A stretch of DNA of 64,000 nucleotides from Auanema rhodensis (lineage: Eukaryota > Animalia > Nematoda). The notes beneath the pieces were generated by a model that made no database searches, was not told where the DNA came from, and saw only the letters and a list, made by a program, of their open reading frames with translations. The position numbers were made by a program, and so were the translations under genes. The DNA is taken from positions 18,352,001 to 18,416,000 of the forward strand of contig OZ059898.1 in the NCBI GenBank assembly GCA_964057225.1, in the 5' to 3' direction. Within the stretch, counting starts at the first letter, position 1. The number at the start of each line of letters is the position of its first letter. Below are positions 39,001 to 53,200 of the stretch, piece by piece.

Positions 39001-41845
39001 ATTTTTAAGCTGCGTCGATCTGTGTTATCAGATTTGCGCTAGCTTAAAAATGCACCGAGATATCAACTGATATAAGTTCACACTTATATCCTCGATTTTC
39101 ACCCTGAAGAATTATTTTTTTCGTTGAATAACATTGTCCATCGTCTTTGCCTTGAAAAAAGGAATCTAAAAACATCTTCTTTTTGCTAAATTATTTTGAA
39201 ATTTTTCGAAAAAATTTTTGTCAAAAAGTTTTTGGAAGCAATGTTGAGTGAACATGGAAACTCAACATACACTAATGCATCATTTTTCGAACAATCATAA
39301 CTAATTTTTGTATTAAGCGTTTCTCAATGTAGTATAGTGCATTTGATGCGGATTTTTAAGCTGCGTCGATCTGTGTTATCAGATTTGCGCTAGCTTAAAA
39401 GTGCACCGAGATATCAACTGATATAAGTTCACACTTATATCCTCGATTTTCACCCTGAAGAATTAATTTTTTCGTTGAATAACATTGTCCATCGTCTTTG
39501 CCTTGAAAAAAGGAATCTAAAAACATCTACTTTTTGCTAAATTATTTTGAAATTTTTCGAAAAAATTTTTGTCAAAATGTTTTTGGAAGCAATGTTGAGT
39601 GTACATGGAAACTCAACATACACTAATGCATCATTTTTCAAACGATCATAACTAATTTTTGTATTAATCGTTTCTCAATGTAGTATAGTGCATTCGATGC
39701 GGATTTTTAAGCTGCGTCGATCTGTGTTATCAGATTTGCGCTAGCTTAAAAATGCACCGAGATATCAACTGATATAAGTTCACACTTATATCCTCGATTT
39801 TCACCCTGAAGAATTATTTTTTTCGTTGAATAACATTGTCCATCGTCTTTGCCTTGAAAAAAGGAATCTAAAAACATCTACTTTTTGCTAAATTATTTTG
39901 AAATTTTTCGAAAAAATTTTTGTCAAAATGTTTTTGGAAGCAATGTTGAGTGAACATGGAAACTCAACATACACTAATGCATCATTTTTCGAACAATCAT
40001 AACTAATTTTTGTATTAAGCGTTTCTCAATGTAGTATAGTGCATTTGATGCGGATTTTTAAGCTGCGTCGATCTGTGTTATCAGATTTGCGCTAGCTTAA
40101 AAATGCACCGAGATATCAACTGATATAAGTTCACACTTATATCCTCGATTTTCACCCTGAAGAATTAATTTTTTCGTTGAATAACATTGTCCATCGTCTT
40201 TGCCTTAAAAAAAGGAATCTAAAAACATCTACTTTTTGCTAAATTATTTTGAAATTTTTCGAAAAAATTTTTGTCAAAATGTTTTTGGAAGCAATGTTGA
40301 GTGTACATGGAAACTCAACATACACTAATGCATCATTTTTCAAACGATCATAACTAATTTTTGTATTAAGCGTTTCTCAATGTAGTATAGTGCATTCGAT
40401 GCGGATTTTTAAGCTGCGTCGATCTGTGTTATCAGATTTGCGCTAGCTTAAAAATGCACCGAGATATCAACTGATATAAGTTCACACTTATATCCTCGAT
40501 TTTCACCCTGAAGAATTAATTTTTTTGTTGAATAACATTGTCCATCGTCTTTGCCTTGAAAAAAGGAATCTAAAAACATCTACTTTTTGCTAAATTATTT
40601 TGAAATTTTTCGAAAAAATTTTTGTCAAAATGTTTTTGGAAGCAATGTTGAGTGAACATGGAAACTCAACATACACTAATGCATCATTTTTCAAACGATC
40701 ATAACTAATTTTTGTATTAAGCTTTTCTCAATGTAGTATAGTGCATTTGATGCGGATTTTTAAGCTGCGTCGATCTGTGTTATCAGATTTGCGCTAGCTT
40801 GAAAATGCACCGAGATATCAACTGATATAAGTTCACACTTATATCCTCGATTTTCACCCTGAAGAATTATTTTTTTCGTTGAATAACATTGTCCATCGTC
40901 TTTGCCTTGAAAAAAGGAATCTAAAAACATCTACTTTTTGCTAAATTATTTTGAAATTTTTCGAAAAAATTTTTGTCAAAATGTTTTTGGAAGCAATGTT
41001 GAGTGAACATGGAAACTCAACATACACTAATGCATCATTTTTCGAACAATCATAACTAATTTTTGTATTAAGCGTTTCTCAATGTAGTATAGTGCATTTG
41101 ATGCGGATTTTTAAGCTGCGTCGATCTGTGTTATCAGATTTGCGCTAGCTTAAAAATGCACCGAGATATCAACTGATATAAGTTCACACTTATATCCTCG
41201 ATTTTCACCCTGAAGAATTAATTTTTTCGTTGAATAACATTGTCCATCGTCTTTGCCTTGAAAAAAGGAATCTAAAAACATCTACTTTTTGCTAAATTAT
41301 TTTGAAATTTTTCGAAAAAATTTTTGTCAAAATGTTTTTGGAAGCAATGTTGAGTGTACATGGAAACTCAACATACACTAATGCATCATTTTTCAAACGA
41401 TCATAACTAATTTTTGTATTAAGCGTTTCTCAATGTAGTATAGTGCATTTGATGCGGATTTTTAAGCTGCGTCGATCTGTGTTATCAGATTTGCGCTAGC
41501 TTAAAAATGCACCGAGATATCAACTGATATAAGTTCACACTTATATCCTCGATTTTCACCCTGAAGAATTATTTTTTTCGTTGAATAACATTGTCCATCG
41601 TCTTTGCCTTGAAAAAAGGAATCTAAAAACATCTACTTTTTGCTAAATTATTTTGAAATTTTTCGAAAAAATTTTTGTCAAAATGTTTTTGGAAGCAATG
41701 TTGAGTGAACATGGAAACTCAACATACACTAATGCATCATTTTTCGAACAATCATAACTAATTTTTGTATTAAGCGTTTCTCAATGTAGTATAGTGCATT
41801 TGATGCGGATTTTTAAGCTGCGTCGATCTGTGTTATCAGATTTGC

Positions 41846-44800
41846 GCTAGCTTAAAAATGCACCGAGATATCAACTGATATAAGTTCACACTTATATCCT
41901 CGATTTTCACCCTGAAGAATTAATTTTTTCGTTGAATAACATTGTCCATCGTCTTTGCCTTGAAAAAAGGAATCTAAAAACATCTACTTTTTGCTAAATT
42001 ATTTTGAAATTTTTCGAAAAAATTTTTGTCAAAATGTTTTTGGAAGCAATGTTGAGTGAACATGGAAACTCAACATACACTAATGCATCATTTTTCGAAC
42101 AATCATAACTAATTTTTGTATTAAGCGTTTCTCAATGTAGTATAGTGCATTTGATGCGGATTTTTAAGCTGCGTCGATCTGTGTTATCAGATTTGCGCTA
42201 GCTTAAAAATGCACCGAGATATCAACTGATATAAGTTCACACTTATATCCTCGATTTTCACCCTGAAGAATTAATTTTTTTGTTGAATAACATTGTCCAT
42301 CGTCTTTGCCTTGAAAAAAGGAATCTAAAAACATCTACTTTTTGCTAAATTATTTTGAAATTTTTCGAAAACATTTTTGTCAAAATGTTTTTGGAAGCAA
42401 TGTTGAGTGAACATGGAAACTCAACATACACTAATGCATCATTTTTCAAACGATCATAACTAATTTTTGTATTAAGCTTTTCTCAATGTAGTATAGTGCA
42501 TTCGATGCGGATTTTTAAGCTGCGTCGATCTGTGTTATCAGATTTGCGCTAGCTTGAAAATGCACCGAGATATCAACTGATATAAGTTCACACTTATATC
42601 CTCGATTTTCACCCTGAAGAATTATTTTTTTCGTTGAATAACATTGTCCATCGTCTTTGCCTTGAAAAAAGGAATCTAAAAACATCTACTTTTTGCTAAA
42701 TTATTTTGAAATTTTTCGAAAAAATTTTTGTCAAAATGTTTTTGGAAGCAATGTTGAGTGAACATGGAAACTCAACATACACTAATGCATCATTTTTCGA
42801 ACAATCATAACTAATTTTTGTATTAAGCGTTTCTCAATGTAGTATAGTGCATTTGATGCGGATTTTTAAGCTGCGTCGATCTGTGTTATCAGATTTGCGC
42901 TAGCTTAAAAATGCACCGAGATATCAACTGATATAAGTTCACACTTATATCCTCGATTTTCACCCTGAAGAATTAATTTTTTCGTTGAATAACATTGTCC
43001 ATCGTCTTTGCCTTGAAAAAAGGAATCTAAAAACATCTACTTTTTGCTAAATTATTTTGAAATTTTTCGAAAAAATTTTTGTCAAAATGTTTTTGGAAGC
43101 AATGTTGAGTGTACATGGAAACTCAACATACACTAATGCATCATTTTTCAAACGATCATAACTAATTTTTGTATTAAGCGTTTCTCAATGTAGTATAGTG
43201 CATTCGATGCGGATTTTTAAGCTGCGTCGATCTGTGTTATCAGATTTGCGCTAGCTTAAAAATGCACCGAGATATCAACTGATATAAGTTCACACTTATA
43301 TCCTCGATATTCACCCTGAAGAATTAATTTTTTTGTTGAATAACATTGTCCATCGTCTTTGCCTTGAAAAAAGGAATCTAAAAACATCTACTTTTTGCTA
43401 AATTATTTTGAAATTTTTCGAAAAAATTTTTGTCAAAATGTTTTTGGAAGCAATGTTGAGTGAACATGGAAACTCAACATACACTAATGCATCATTTTTC
43501 GAACAATCATAACTAATTTTTGTATTAAGCGTTTCTTAATGTAGTATAGTGCATTTGATGCGGATTTTTAAGCTGCGTCGATCTGTGTTATCAGATTTGC
43601 GCTAGCTTAAAAATGCACCGAGATATCAACTGATATAAGTTCACACTTATATCCTCGATTTTCACCCTGAAGAATTATTTTTTTCGTTGAATAACATTGT
43701 CCATCGTCTTTGCCTTGAAAAAAGGAATCTAAAAACATCTACTTTTTGCTAAATTATTTTGAAATTTTTCGAAAAAATTTTTGTCAAAATGTTTTTGGAA
43801 GCAATGTTGAGTGAACATGGAAACTCAACATACACTAATGCATCATTTTTCGAACAATCATAACTAATTTTTGTATTAAGCGTTTCTCAATGTAGTATAG
43901 TGCATTTGATGCGGATTTTTAAGCTGCGTCGATCTGTGTTATCAGATTTGCGCTAGCTTAAAAATGCACCGAGATATCAACTGATATAAGTTCACACTTA
44001 TATCCTCGATTTTCACCCTGAAGAATTAATTTTTTCGTTGAATAACATTGTCCATCGTCTTTGCCTTGAAAAAAGAAATCTAAAAACATCTACTTTTTGC
44101 TAAATTATTTTGAAATTTTTCGAAAAAATTTTTGTCAAAATGTTTTTGGAAGCAATGTTGAGTGTACATGGAAACTCAACATACACTAATGCATCATTTT
44201 TCAAACGATCATAACTAATTTTTGTATTAAGCGTTTCTCAATGTAGTATAGTGCATTTGATGCGGATTTTTAAGCTGCGTCGATCTGTGTTATCAGATTT
44301 GCGCTAGCTTAAAAGTGCACCGAGATATCAACTGATATAAGTTCACACTTATATCCTCGATTTTCACCCTGAAGAATTAATTTTTTCGTTGAATAACATT
44401 GTCCATCGTCTTTGCCTTGAAAAAAGGAATCTAAAAACATCTACTTTTTGCTAAATTATTTTGAAATTTTTCGAAAAAATTTTTGTCAAAATGTTTTTGG
44501 AAGCAATGTTGAGTGTACATGGAAACTCAACATACACTAATGCATCATTTTTCAAACGATCATAACTAATTTTTGTATCAAGCGTTTCTCAATGTAGTAT
44601 AGTGCATTCGATGCGGATTTTTAAGCTGCGTCGATCTGTGTTATCAGATTTGCGCTAGCTTAAAAATGCACCGAGATATCAACTGATATAAGTTCACACT
44701 TATATCCTCGATTTTCACCCTGAAGAATTAATTTTTTCGTTGAATAACATTGTCCATCGTCTTTGCCTTGAAAAAAGGAATCTAAAAACATCTACTTTTT

Positions 44801-47800
44801 GCTAAATTATTTTGAAATTTTTCGAAAAAATTTTTGTCAAAATGTTTTTGGAAGCAATGTTGAGTGTACATGGAAACTCAACATACACTAATGCATCATT
44901 TTTCAAACGATCATAACTAATTTTTGTATTAAGCGTTTCTCAATGTAGTATAGTGCATTTGATGCGGATTTTTAAGCTGCGTCGATCTGTGTTATCAGAT
45001 TCGCGCTAGCTTAAAAATGCACCGAGATATCAACTGATATAAGTTCACACTTATATCCTCGATTTTCACCCTGAAGAATTATTTTTTTCGTTGAATAACA
45101 TTGTCCATCGTCTTTGCCTTGAAAAAAGGAATCTAAAAACATCTACTTTTTGCTAAATTATTTTGAAATTTTTCGAAAAAATTTTTGTCAAAATGTTTTT
45201 GGAAGCAATGTTGAGTGTACATGGAAACTCAACATACACTAATGCATCATTTTTCAAACGATCATAACTAATTTTTGTATTAAGCGTTTCTCAATGTAGT
45301 ATAGTGCATTCGATGCGGATTTTTAAGCTGCGTCGATCTGTGTTATCAGATTTGCGCTAGCTTAAAAATGCACCGAGATATCAACTGATATAAGTTCACA
45401 CTTATATCCTCGATTTTCACCCTGAAGAATTAATTTTTTCGTTGAATAACATTGTCCATCGTCTTTGCCTTGAAAAAAGGAATCTAAAAACATCTACTTT
45501 TTGCTAAATTATTTTGAAATTTTTCGAAAAAATTTTTGTCAAAATGTTTTTGGAAGCAATGTTGAGTGAACATGGAAACTCAACATACACTAATGCATCA
45601 TTTTTCGAACAATCATAACTAATTTTTGTATTAAGCGTTTCTCAATGTAGTATAGTGCATTTGATGCGGATTTTTAAGCTGCGTCGATCTGTGTTATCAG
45701 ATTTGCGCTAGCTTAAAAATGCAGCGAGATATCAACTGATATAAGTTCACACTTATATCCTCGATTTTCACCCTGAAGAATTAATTTTTTTGTTGAATAA
45801 CATTGTCCATCGTCTTTGCCTTGAAAAAAGGAATCTAAAAACATCTACTTTTTGCTAAATTATTTTGAAATTTTTCGAAAACATTTTTGTCAAAATGTTT
45901 TTGGAAGCAATGTTGAGTGAACATGGAAACTCAACATACACTAATGCATCATTTTTCAAACGATCATAACTAATTTTTGTATTAAGCTTTTCTCAATGTA
46001 GTATAGTGCATTCGATGCGGATTTTTAAGCTGCGTCGATCTGTGTTATCAGATTTGCGCTAGCTTGAAAATGCACCGAGATATCAACTGATATAAGTTCA
46101 CACTTATATCCTCGATTTTCACCCTGAAGAATTATTTTTTTCGTTGAATAACATTGTCCATCGTCTTTGCCTTGAAAAAAGGAATCTAAAAACATCTACT
46201 TTTTGCTAAATTATTTTGAAATTTTTCGAAAAAATTTTTGTCAAAATGTTTTTGGAAGCAATGTTGAGTGAACATGGAAACTCAACATACACTAATGCAT
46301 CATTTTTCGAACAATCATAACTAATTTTTGTATTAAGCGTTTCTCAATGTAGTATAGTGCATTTGATGCGGATTTTTAAGCTGCGTCGATCTGTGTTATC
46401 AGATTTGCGCTAGCTTAAAAATGCACCGAGATATCAACTGATATAAGTTCACACTTATATCCTCGATTTTCACCCTGAAGAATTAATTTTTTCGTTGAAT
46501 AACATTGTCCATCGTCTTTGCCTTGTAAAAAGGAATCTAAAAACATCTACTTTTTGCTAAATTATTTTGAAATTTTTCGAAAAAATTTTTGTCAAAATGT
46601 TTTTGGAAGCAATGTTGAGTGTACATGGAAACTCAACATACACTAATGCATCATTTTTCAAACGATCATAACTAATTTTTGTATTAAGCGTTTCTCAATG
46701 TAGTATAGTGCATTCGATGCGGATTTTTAAGCTGCGTCGATCTGTGTTATCAGATTTGCGCTAGCTTAAAAATGCACCGAGATATCAACTGATATAAGTT
46801 CACACTTATATCCTCGATATTCACCCTGAAGAATTAATTTTTTTGTTGAATAACATTGTCCATCGTCTTTGCCTTGAAAAAAGGAATCTAAAAACATCTA
46901 CTTTTTGCTAAATTATTTTGAAATTTTTCGAAAAAATTTTTGTCAAAATGTTTTTGGAAGCAATGTTGAGTGAACATGGAAACTCAACATACACTAATGC
47001 ATCATTTTTCGAACAATCATAACTAATTTTTGTATTAAGCGTTTCTTAATGTAGTATAGTGCATTTGATGCGGATTTTTAAGCTGCGTCGATCTGTGTTA
47101 TCAGATTTGCGCTAGCTTAAAAATGCACCGAGATATCAACTGATATAAGTTCACACTTATATCCTCGATTTTCACCCTGAAGAATTATTTTTTTCGTTGA
47201 ATAACATTGTCCATCGTCTTTGCCTTGAAAAAAGGAATCTAAAAACATCTACTTTTTGCTAAATTATTTTGAAATTTTTCGAAAAAATTTTTGTCAAAAT
47301 GTTTTTGGAAGCAATGTTGAGTGAACATGGAAACTCAACATACACTAATGCATCATTTTTCGAACAATCATAACTAATTTTTGTATTAAGCGTTTCTCAA
47401 TCTAGTATAGTGCATTTGATGCGGATTTTTAAGCTGCGTCGATCTGTGTTATCAGATTTGCGCTAGCTTAAAAATGCACCGAGATATCAACTGATATAAG
47501 TTCACACTTATATCCTCGATTTTCACCCTGAAGAATTAATTTTTTCGTTGAATAACATTGTCCATCGTCTTTGCCTTGAAAAAAGAAATCTAAAAACATC
47601 TACTTTTTGCTAAATTATTTTGAAATTTTTCGAAAAAATTTTTGTCAAAATGTTTTTGGAAGCAATGTTGAGTGTACATGGAAACTCAACATACACTAAT
47701 GCATCATTTTTCAAACGATCATAACTAATTTTTGTATTAAGCGTTTCTCAATGTAGTATAGTGCATTTGATGCGGATTTTTAAGCTGCGTCGATCTGTGT

Positions 47801-48060
47801 TATCAGATTTGCGCTAGCTTAAAAGTGCACCGAGATATCAACTGATATAAGTTCACACTTATATCCTCGATTTTCACCCTGAAGAATTAATTTTTTCGTT
47901 GAATAACATTGTCCATCGTCTTTGCCTTGAAAAAAGGAATCTAAAAACATCTACTTTTTGCTAAATTATTTTGAAATTTTTCGAAAAAATTTTTGTCAAA
48001 ATGTTTTTGGAAGCAATGTTGAGTGTACATGGAAACTCAACATACACTAATGCATCATTT
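41846..48060 (-). repeat. Duplicated block of about 7-8 monomers offset by 3510 bp (10 monomers)
   Basis: Paired rare variants: ACATTTTTGT 42371/45881, AGCTTGAAAA 42551/46061, TCCTCGATAT 43301/46811, GTTTCTTAAT 43531/47041, AAAAGAAATC 44071/47581, AAAAGTGCAC 44311/47821. Confidence 0.88.
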
Positions 48061-50269
48061 TTCAAACGATCATAACTAATTTTTGTATTAAGCGTTTCTC
48101 AATGTAGTATAGTGCATTCGATGCGGATTTTTAAGCTGCGTCGATCTGTGTTATCAGATTTGCGCTAGCTTAAAAATGCACCGAGATATCAACTGATATA
48201 AGTTCACACTTATATCCTCGATTTTCACCCTGAAGAATTATTTTTTTCGTTGAATAACATTGTCCATCGTCTTTGCCTTGAGAAAAGGAATCTAAAAACA
48301 TCTACTTTTTGCTAAATTATTTTGAAATTTTTCGAAAAAATTTTTGTCAAAATGTTTTTGGAAGCAATGTTGAGTGAACATGGAAACTCAACATACACTA
48401 ATGCATCATTTTTCGAACAATCATAACTAATTTTTGTATTAAGCGTTTCTCAATGTAGTATAGTGCATTTGATGCGGATTTTTAAGCTGCGTCGATCTGT
48501 GTTATCAGATTTGCGCTAGCTTAAAAGTGCACCGAGATATCAACTGATATAAGTTCACACTTATATCCTCGATTTTCACCCTGAAGAATTAATTTTTTCG
48601 TTGAATAACATTGTCCATCGTCTTTGCCTTGAAAAAAGGAATCTAAAAACATCTACTTTTTTGTAAATTATTTTGAAATTTTTCGAAAAAATTTTTGTCA
48701 AAATGTTTTTGGAAGCAATGTTGAGTGTACATGGAAACTCAACATACACTAATGCATCATTTTTCAAACGATCATAACTAATTTTTGTATTAAGCGTTTC
48801 TCAATGTAGTATAGTGCATTCGATGCGGATTTTTAAGCTGCGTCGATCTGTGTTATCAGATTTGCGCTAGCTTAAAAATGCACCGAGATATCAACTGATA
48901 TAAGTTCACACTTATATCCTCGATTTTCACCCTGAAGAATTATTTTTTTCGTTGAATAACATTGTCCATCGTCTTTGCCTTGAAAAAAGGAATCTAAAAA
49001 CATCTACTTTTTGCTAAATTATTTTGAAATTTTTCGAAAAAATTTTTGTCAAAATGTTTTTGGAAGCAATGTTGAGTGAACATGGAAACTCAACATACAC
49101 TAATGCATCATTTTTCGAACAATCATAACTAATTTTTGTATTAAGCGTTTCTTAATGTAGTATAGTGCATTTGATGCGGATTTTTAAGCTGCGTCGATCT
49201 GTGTTATCAGATTTGCGCTAGCTTAAAAATGCACCGAGATATCAACTGATATAAGTTCACACTTATATCCTCGATTTTCACCCTGAAGAATTATTTTTTT
49301 CGTTGAATAACATTGTCCATCGTCTTTGCCTTGAAAAAAGGAATCTAAAAACATCTACTTTTTGCTAAATTATTTTGAAATTTTTCGAAAAAATTTTTGT
49401 CAAAATGTTTTTGGAAGCAATGTTGAGTGTACATGGAAACTCAACATACACTAATGCATCATTTTTCGAACAATCATAACTAATTTTTGTATTAAGCGTT
49501 TCTTAATGTAGTATAGTGCATTTGATGCGGATTTTTAAGCTGCGTCGATCTGTGTTATCAGATTTGCGCTAGCTTAAAAATGCACCGAGATATCAACTGA
49601 TATAAGTTCACACTTATATCCTCGATTTTCACCCTGAAGAATTATTTTTTTCGTTGAATAACATTGTCCATCGTCTTTGCCTTGAAAAAAGGAATCTAAA
49701 AACATCTACTTTTTGCTAAATTATTTTGAAATTTTTCGAAAAAATTTTTGTCAAAATGTTTTTGGAAGCAATGTTGAGTGAACATGGAAACTCAACATAC
49801 ACTAATGCATCATTTTTCGAACAATCATAACTAATTTTTGTATTAAGCGTTTCTTAATGTAGTATAGTGCATTTGATGCGGATTTTTAAGCTGCGTCGAT
49901 CTGTGTTATCAGATTTGCGCTAGCTTAAAAATGCACCGAGATATCAACTGATATAAGTTCACACTTATATCCTCGATTTTCACCCTGAAGAATTAATTTT
50001 TTCGTTGAATAACATTGTCCATCGTCTTTGCCTTGAAAAAAGGAATCTAAAAACATCTACTTTTTGCTAAATTATTTTGAAATTTTTCGAAAAAATTTTT
50101 GTCAAAATGTTTTTGGAAGCAATGTTGAGTGAACATGGAAACTCAACATACACTAATGCATCATTTTTCGAACAATCATAACTAATTTTTGTATTAAGCG
50201 TTTCTTAATGTAGTATAGTGCATTTGATGCGGATTTTTAAGCTGCGTCGATCTGTGTTATCAGATTTGC

Positions 50270-53200
50270 GCTAGCTTAAAAATGCACCGAGATATCAACT
50301 GATATAAGTTCACACTTATATCCTCGATTTTCACCCTGAAGAATTAATTTTTTCGTTGAATAACATTGTCCATCGTCTTTGCCTTGAAAAAAGGAATCTA
50401 AAAACATCTACTTTTTGCTAAATTATTTTGAAATTTTTCGAAAAAATTTTTGTCAAAATGTTTTTGGAAGCAATGTTGAGTGTACATGGAAACTCAACAT
50501 ACACTAATGCATCATTTTTTAAACGATCATAACTAATTTTTGTATTAAGCGTTTCTCAATGTAGTATAGTGCATTCGATGCGGATTTTTAAGCTGCGTCG
50601 ATCTGTGTTATCGGATTTTCGCTAGCTTAAAAATGCACCGAGATATCAACTGATATAAGTTCACACTTATATCCTCGATTTTCACCCTGAAGAATTAATT
50701 TTTTCGTTGAATAACATTGTCCATCGTCTTTGCCTTGAAAAAAGGAATCTAAAAACATCTACTTTTTGCTAAATTATTTTGAAATTTTTCGAAAAAATTT
50801 TTGTCAAAATGTTTTTGGAAGCAATGTTGAGTGTACATGGAAACTCAACATACACTAATGCATCATTTTTTAAACGATCATAACTAATTTTTGTATTAAG
50901 CGTTTCTCAATGTAGTATAGTGCATTCGATGCGGATTTTTAAGCTGCGTCGATCTGTGTTATCGGATTTTCGCTAGCTTAAAAATGCACCGAGAAATCAA
51001 CTGATATAAGTTCACACTTATATCCTCGATTTTCACCCTGAAGAATTAATTTTTTCGTTGAATAACATTGTCCATCGTCTTTGCCTTGTAAAAAGGAATC
51101 TAAAAACATCTACTTTTTGCTAAATTATTCTGAAATTTTCCGAAAAAATTTTTGTCAAAATGTTTTTGGAAGCAAGGTTGAGTGTACTTGGAAACTCAAC
51201 ATACACTAATGCATTATTTTTCAAACGATCATAACTAATTTTTGTATTAAGCGTTTCTCAATGTAGTATAGTGCATTCGATGCGGATTTTTAAGCTGCGT
51301 CGATCTGTGTTATCAGATTTGCGCTAGCTTAAAAATGCACCGAGATATCAACTGATATAAGTTCACACTTATATCCTCGATTTTCACCCTGAAGAATTAA
51401 TTTTTTCGTTGAATAACATTGTCCATCGTCTTTGCCTTGAAAAAAGGAATCTAAAAACATCTACTTTTTGCTAAATTATTTTGAAATTTTTCGAAAAAAT
51501 TTTTGTCAAAATGTTTTTGGAAGCAAGGTTGAGTGTACATGGAAACTCAACATACACTAATGCATTATTTTTCAAACGATCATAACTAATTTTTGTATTA
51601 AGCGTTTTTCAATGTAGTATAGTGCATTCGATGCGGATTTTTAAGCTGCGTCGATCTGTGTTATCAGATTTGCGCTAGCTTAAAAATGCACCGAGATATC
51701 AACTGATATAAGTTCACACTTATATCCTCGATTTTCACCCTGAAGAATTAATTTTTTCGTTGAATAACATTGTCCATCGTCTTTGCCTTGAAAAAAGGAA
51801 TCTAAAAACATCTACTTTTTGCTAAATTATTTTGAAATTTTTCGAAAAAATTTTTGTCAAAATGTTTTTGGAAGCAAGGTTGAGTGTACATGGAAACTCA
51901 ACATACACTAATGCATTATTTTTCAAACGATCATAACTAATTTTTGTATTAAGCGTTTCTCAATGTAGTATAGTGCATTCGATGCGGATTTTTAAGCTGC
52001 GTCGATCTGTGTTATCGGATTTTCGCTAGCTTAAAAATGCACCGAGATATCAACTGATATAAGTTCACACTTATATCCTCGATTTTCACCCTGAAAAATT
52101 AATTTTTTCGTTGAATAACATTGTCCATCGTCTTTGCCTTGTAAAAAGGAATCTAAAAACATCTACTTTTTGCTAAATTATTCTGAAATTTTTCGAAAAA
52201 ATTTTTGTCAAAATGTTTTTGGAAGCAAGGTTGAGTGTATTTGGAAACTCAACATACACTAATGCATTATTTTTCAAACGATCATAACTAATTTTTGTAT
52301 TAAGCGTTTCTCAATGTAGTATAGTGCATTCGATGCGGATTTTTAAGCTGCGTCGATCTGTGTTATCGGATTTTCGCTAGCTTAAAAATGCACCGAGATA
52401 TCAACTGATATAAGTTCACACTTATATCCTCGATTTTCACCCTGAAGAATTAATTTTTTCGTTGAATAACATTGTCCATCGTTTTTGCCTTGAAAAACGA
52501 AATCTGAAAACATCTACTTTTTGCTAAATTATTTTGAAATTTTTCGAAAAAATTTTTGTCAAAATGTTTTTGGAAGCAATGTTGAGTGTACATGGAAACT
52601 GAACATAAACTAATGCATCATTTTTCAAACGATCATAACTAATTTTTGTATTAAGCGTTTTTCAATGTAGTATAGTGCATTCGATGCGGATTTTTAAGCT
52701 GCGTCGATCTGTGTTATCAGATTTGCGCTAGCTTAAAAATGCACCGAGATATCAACTGATATAAGTTCACACTTATATCCTCGATTTTCACCCTGAAGAA
52801 TTAATTTTTTCGTTGAATAACATTGTCCATCGTCTTTGCCTTGAAAAAAGGAATCTAAAAACATCTACTTTTTGCTAAATTATTTTGAAATTTTTCGAAA
52901 AAATTTTTGTCAAAATGTTTTTGGAAGCAATGTTGAGTGTACATGGAAACTCAACATACACTAATGCATCATTTTTTAAACGATCATAACTAATTTTTGT
53001 ATTAAGCGTTTCTCAATGTAGTATAGTGCATTCGATGCGGATTTTTAAGCTGCGTCGATCTGTGTTATCGGATTTTCGCTAGCTTAAAAATGCACCGAGA
53101 TATCAACTGATATAAGTTCACACTTATATCCTCGATTTTCACCCTGAAGAATTAATTTTTTCGTTGAATAACATTGTCCATCGTCTTTGCCTTGAAAAAA

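Noticed and set aside
48576-48767. 63-aa ORF on the minus strand
   Set aside because: It is a satellite monomer in which the usual in-frame TAG is lost by a local change at ~48662. The frame is closed in nearly all other copies, and the K/F/N/I-rich translation just reflects A/T tracts.
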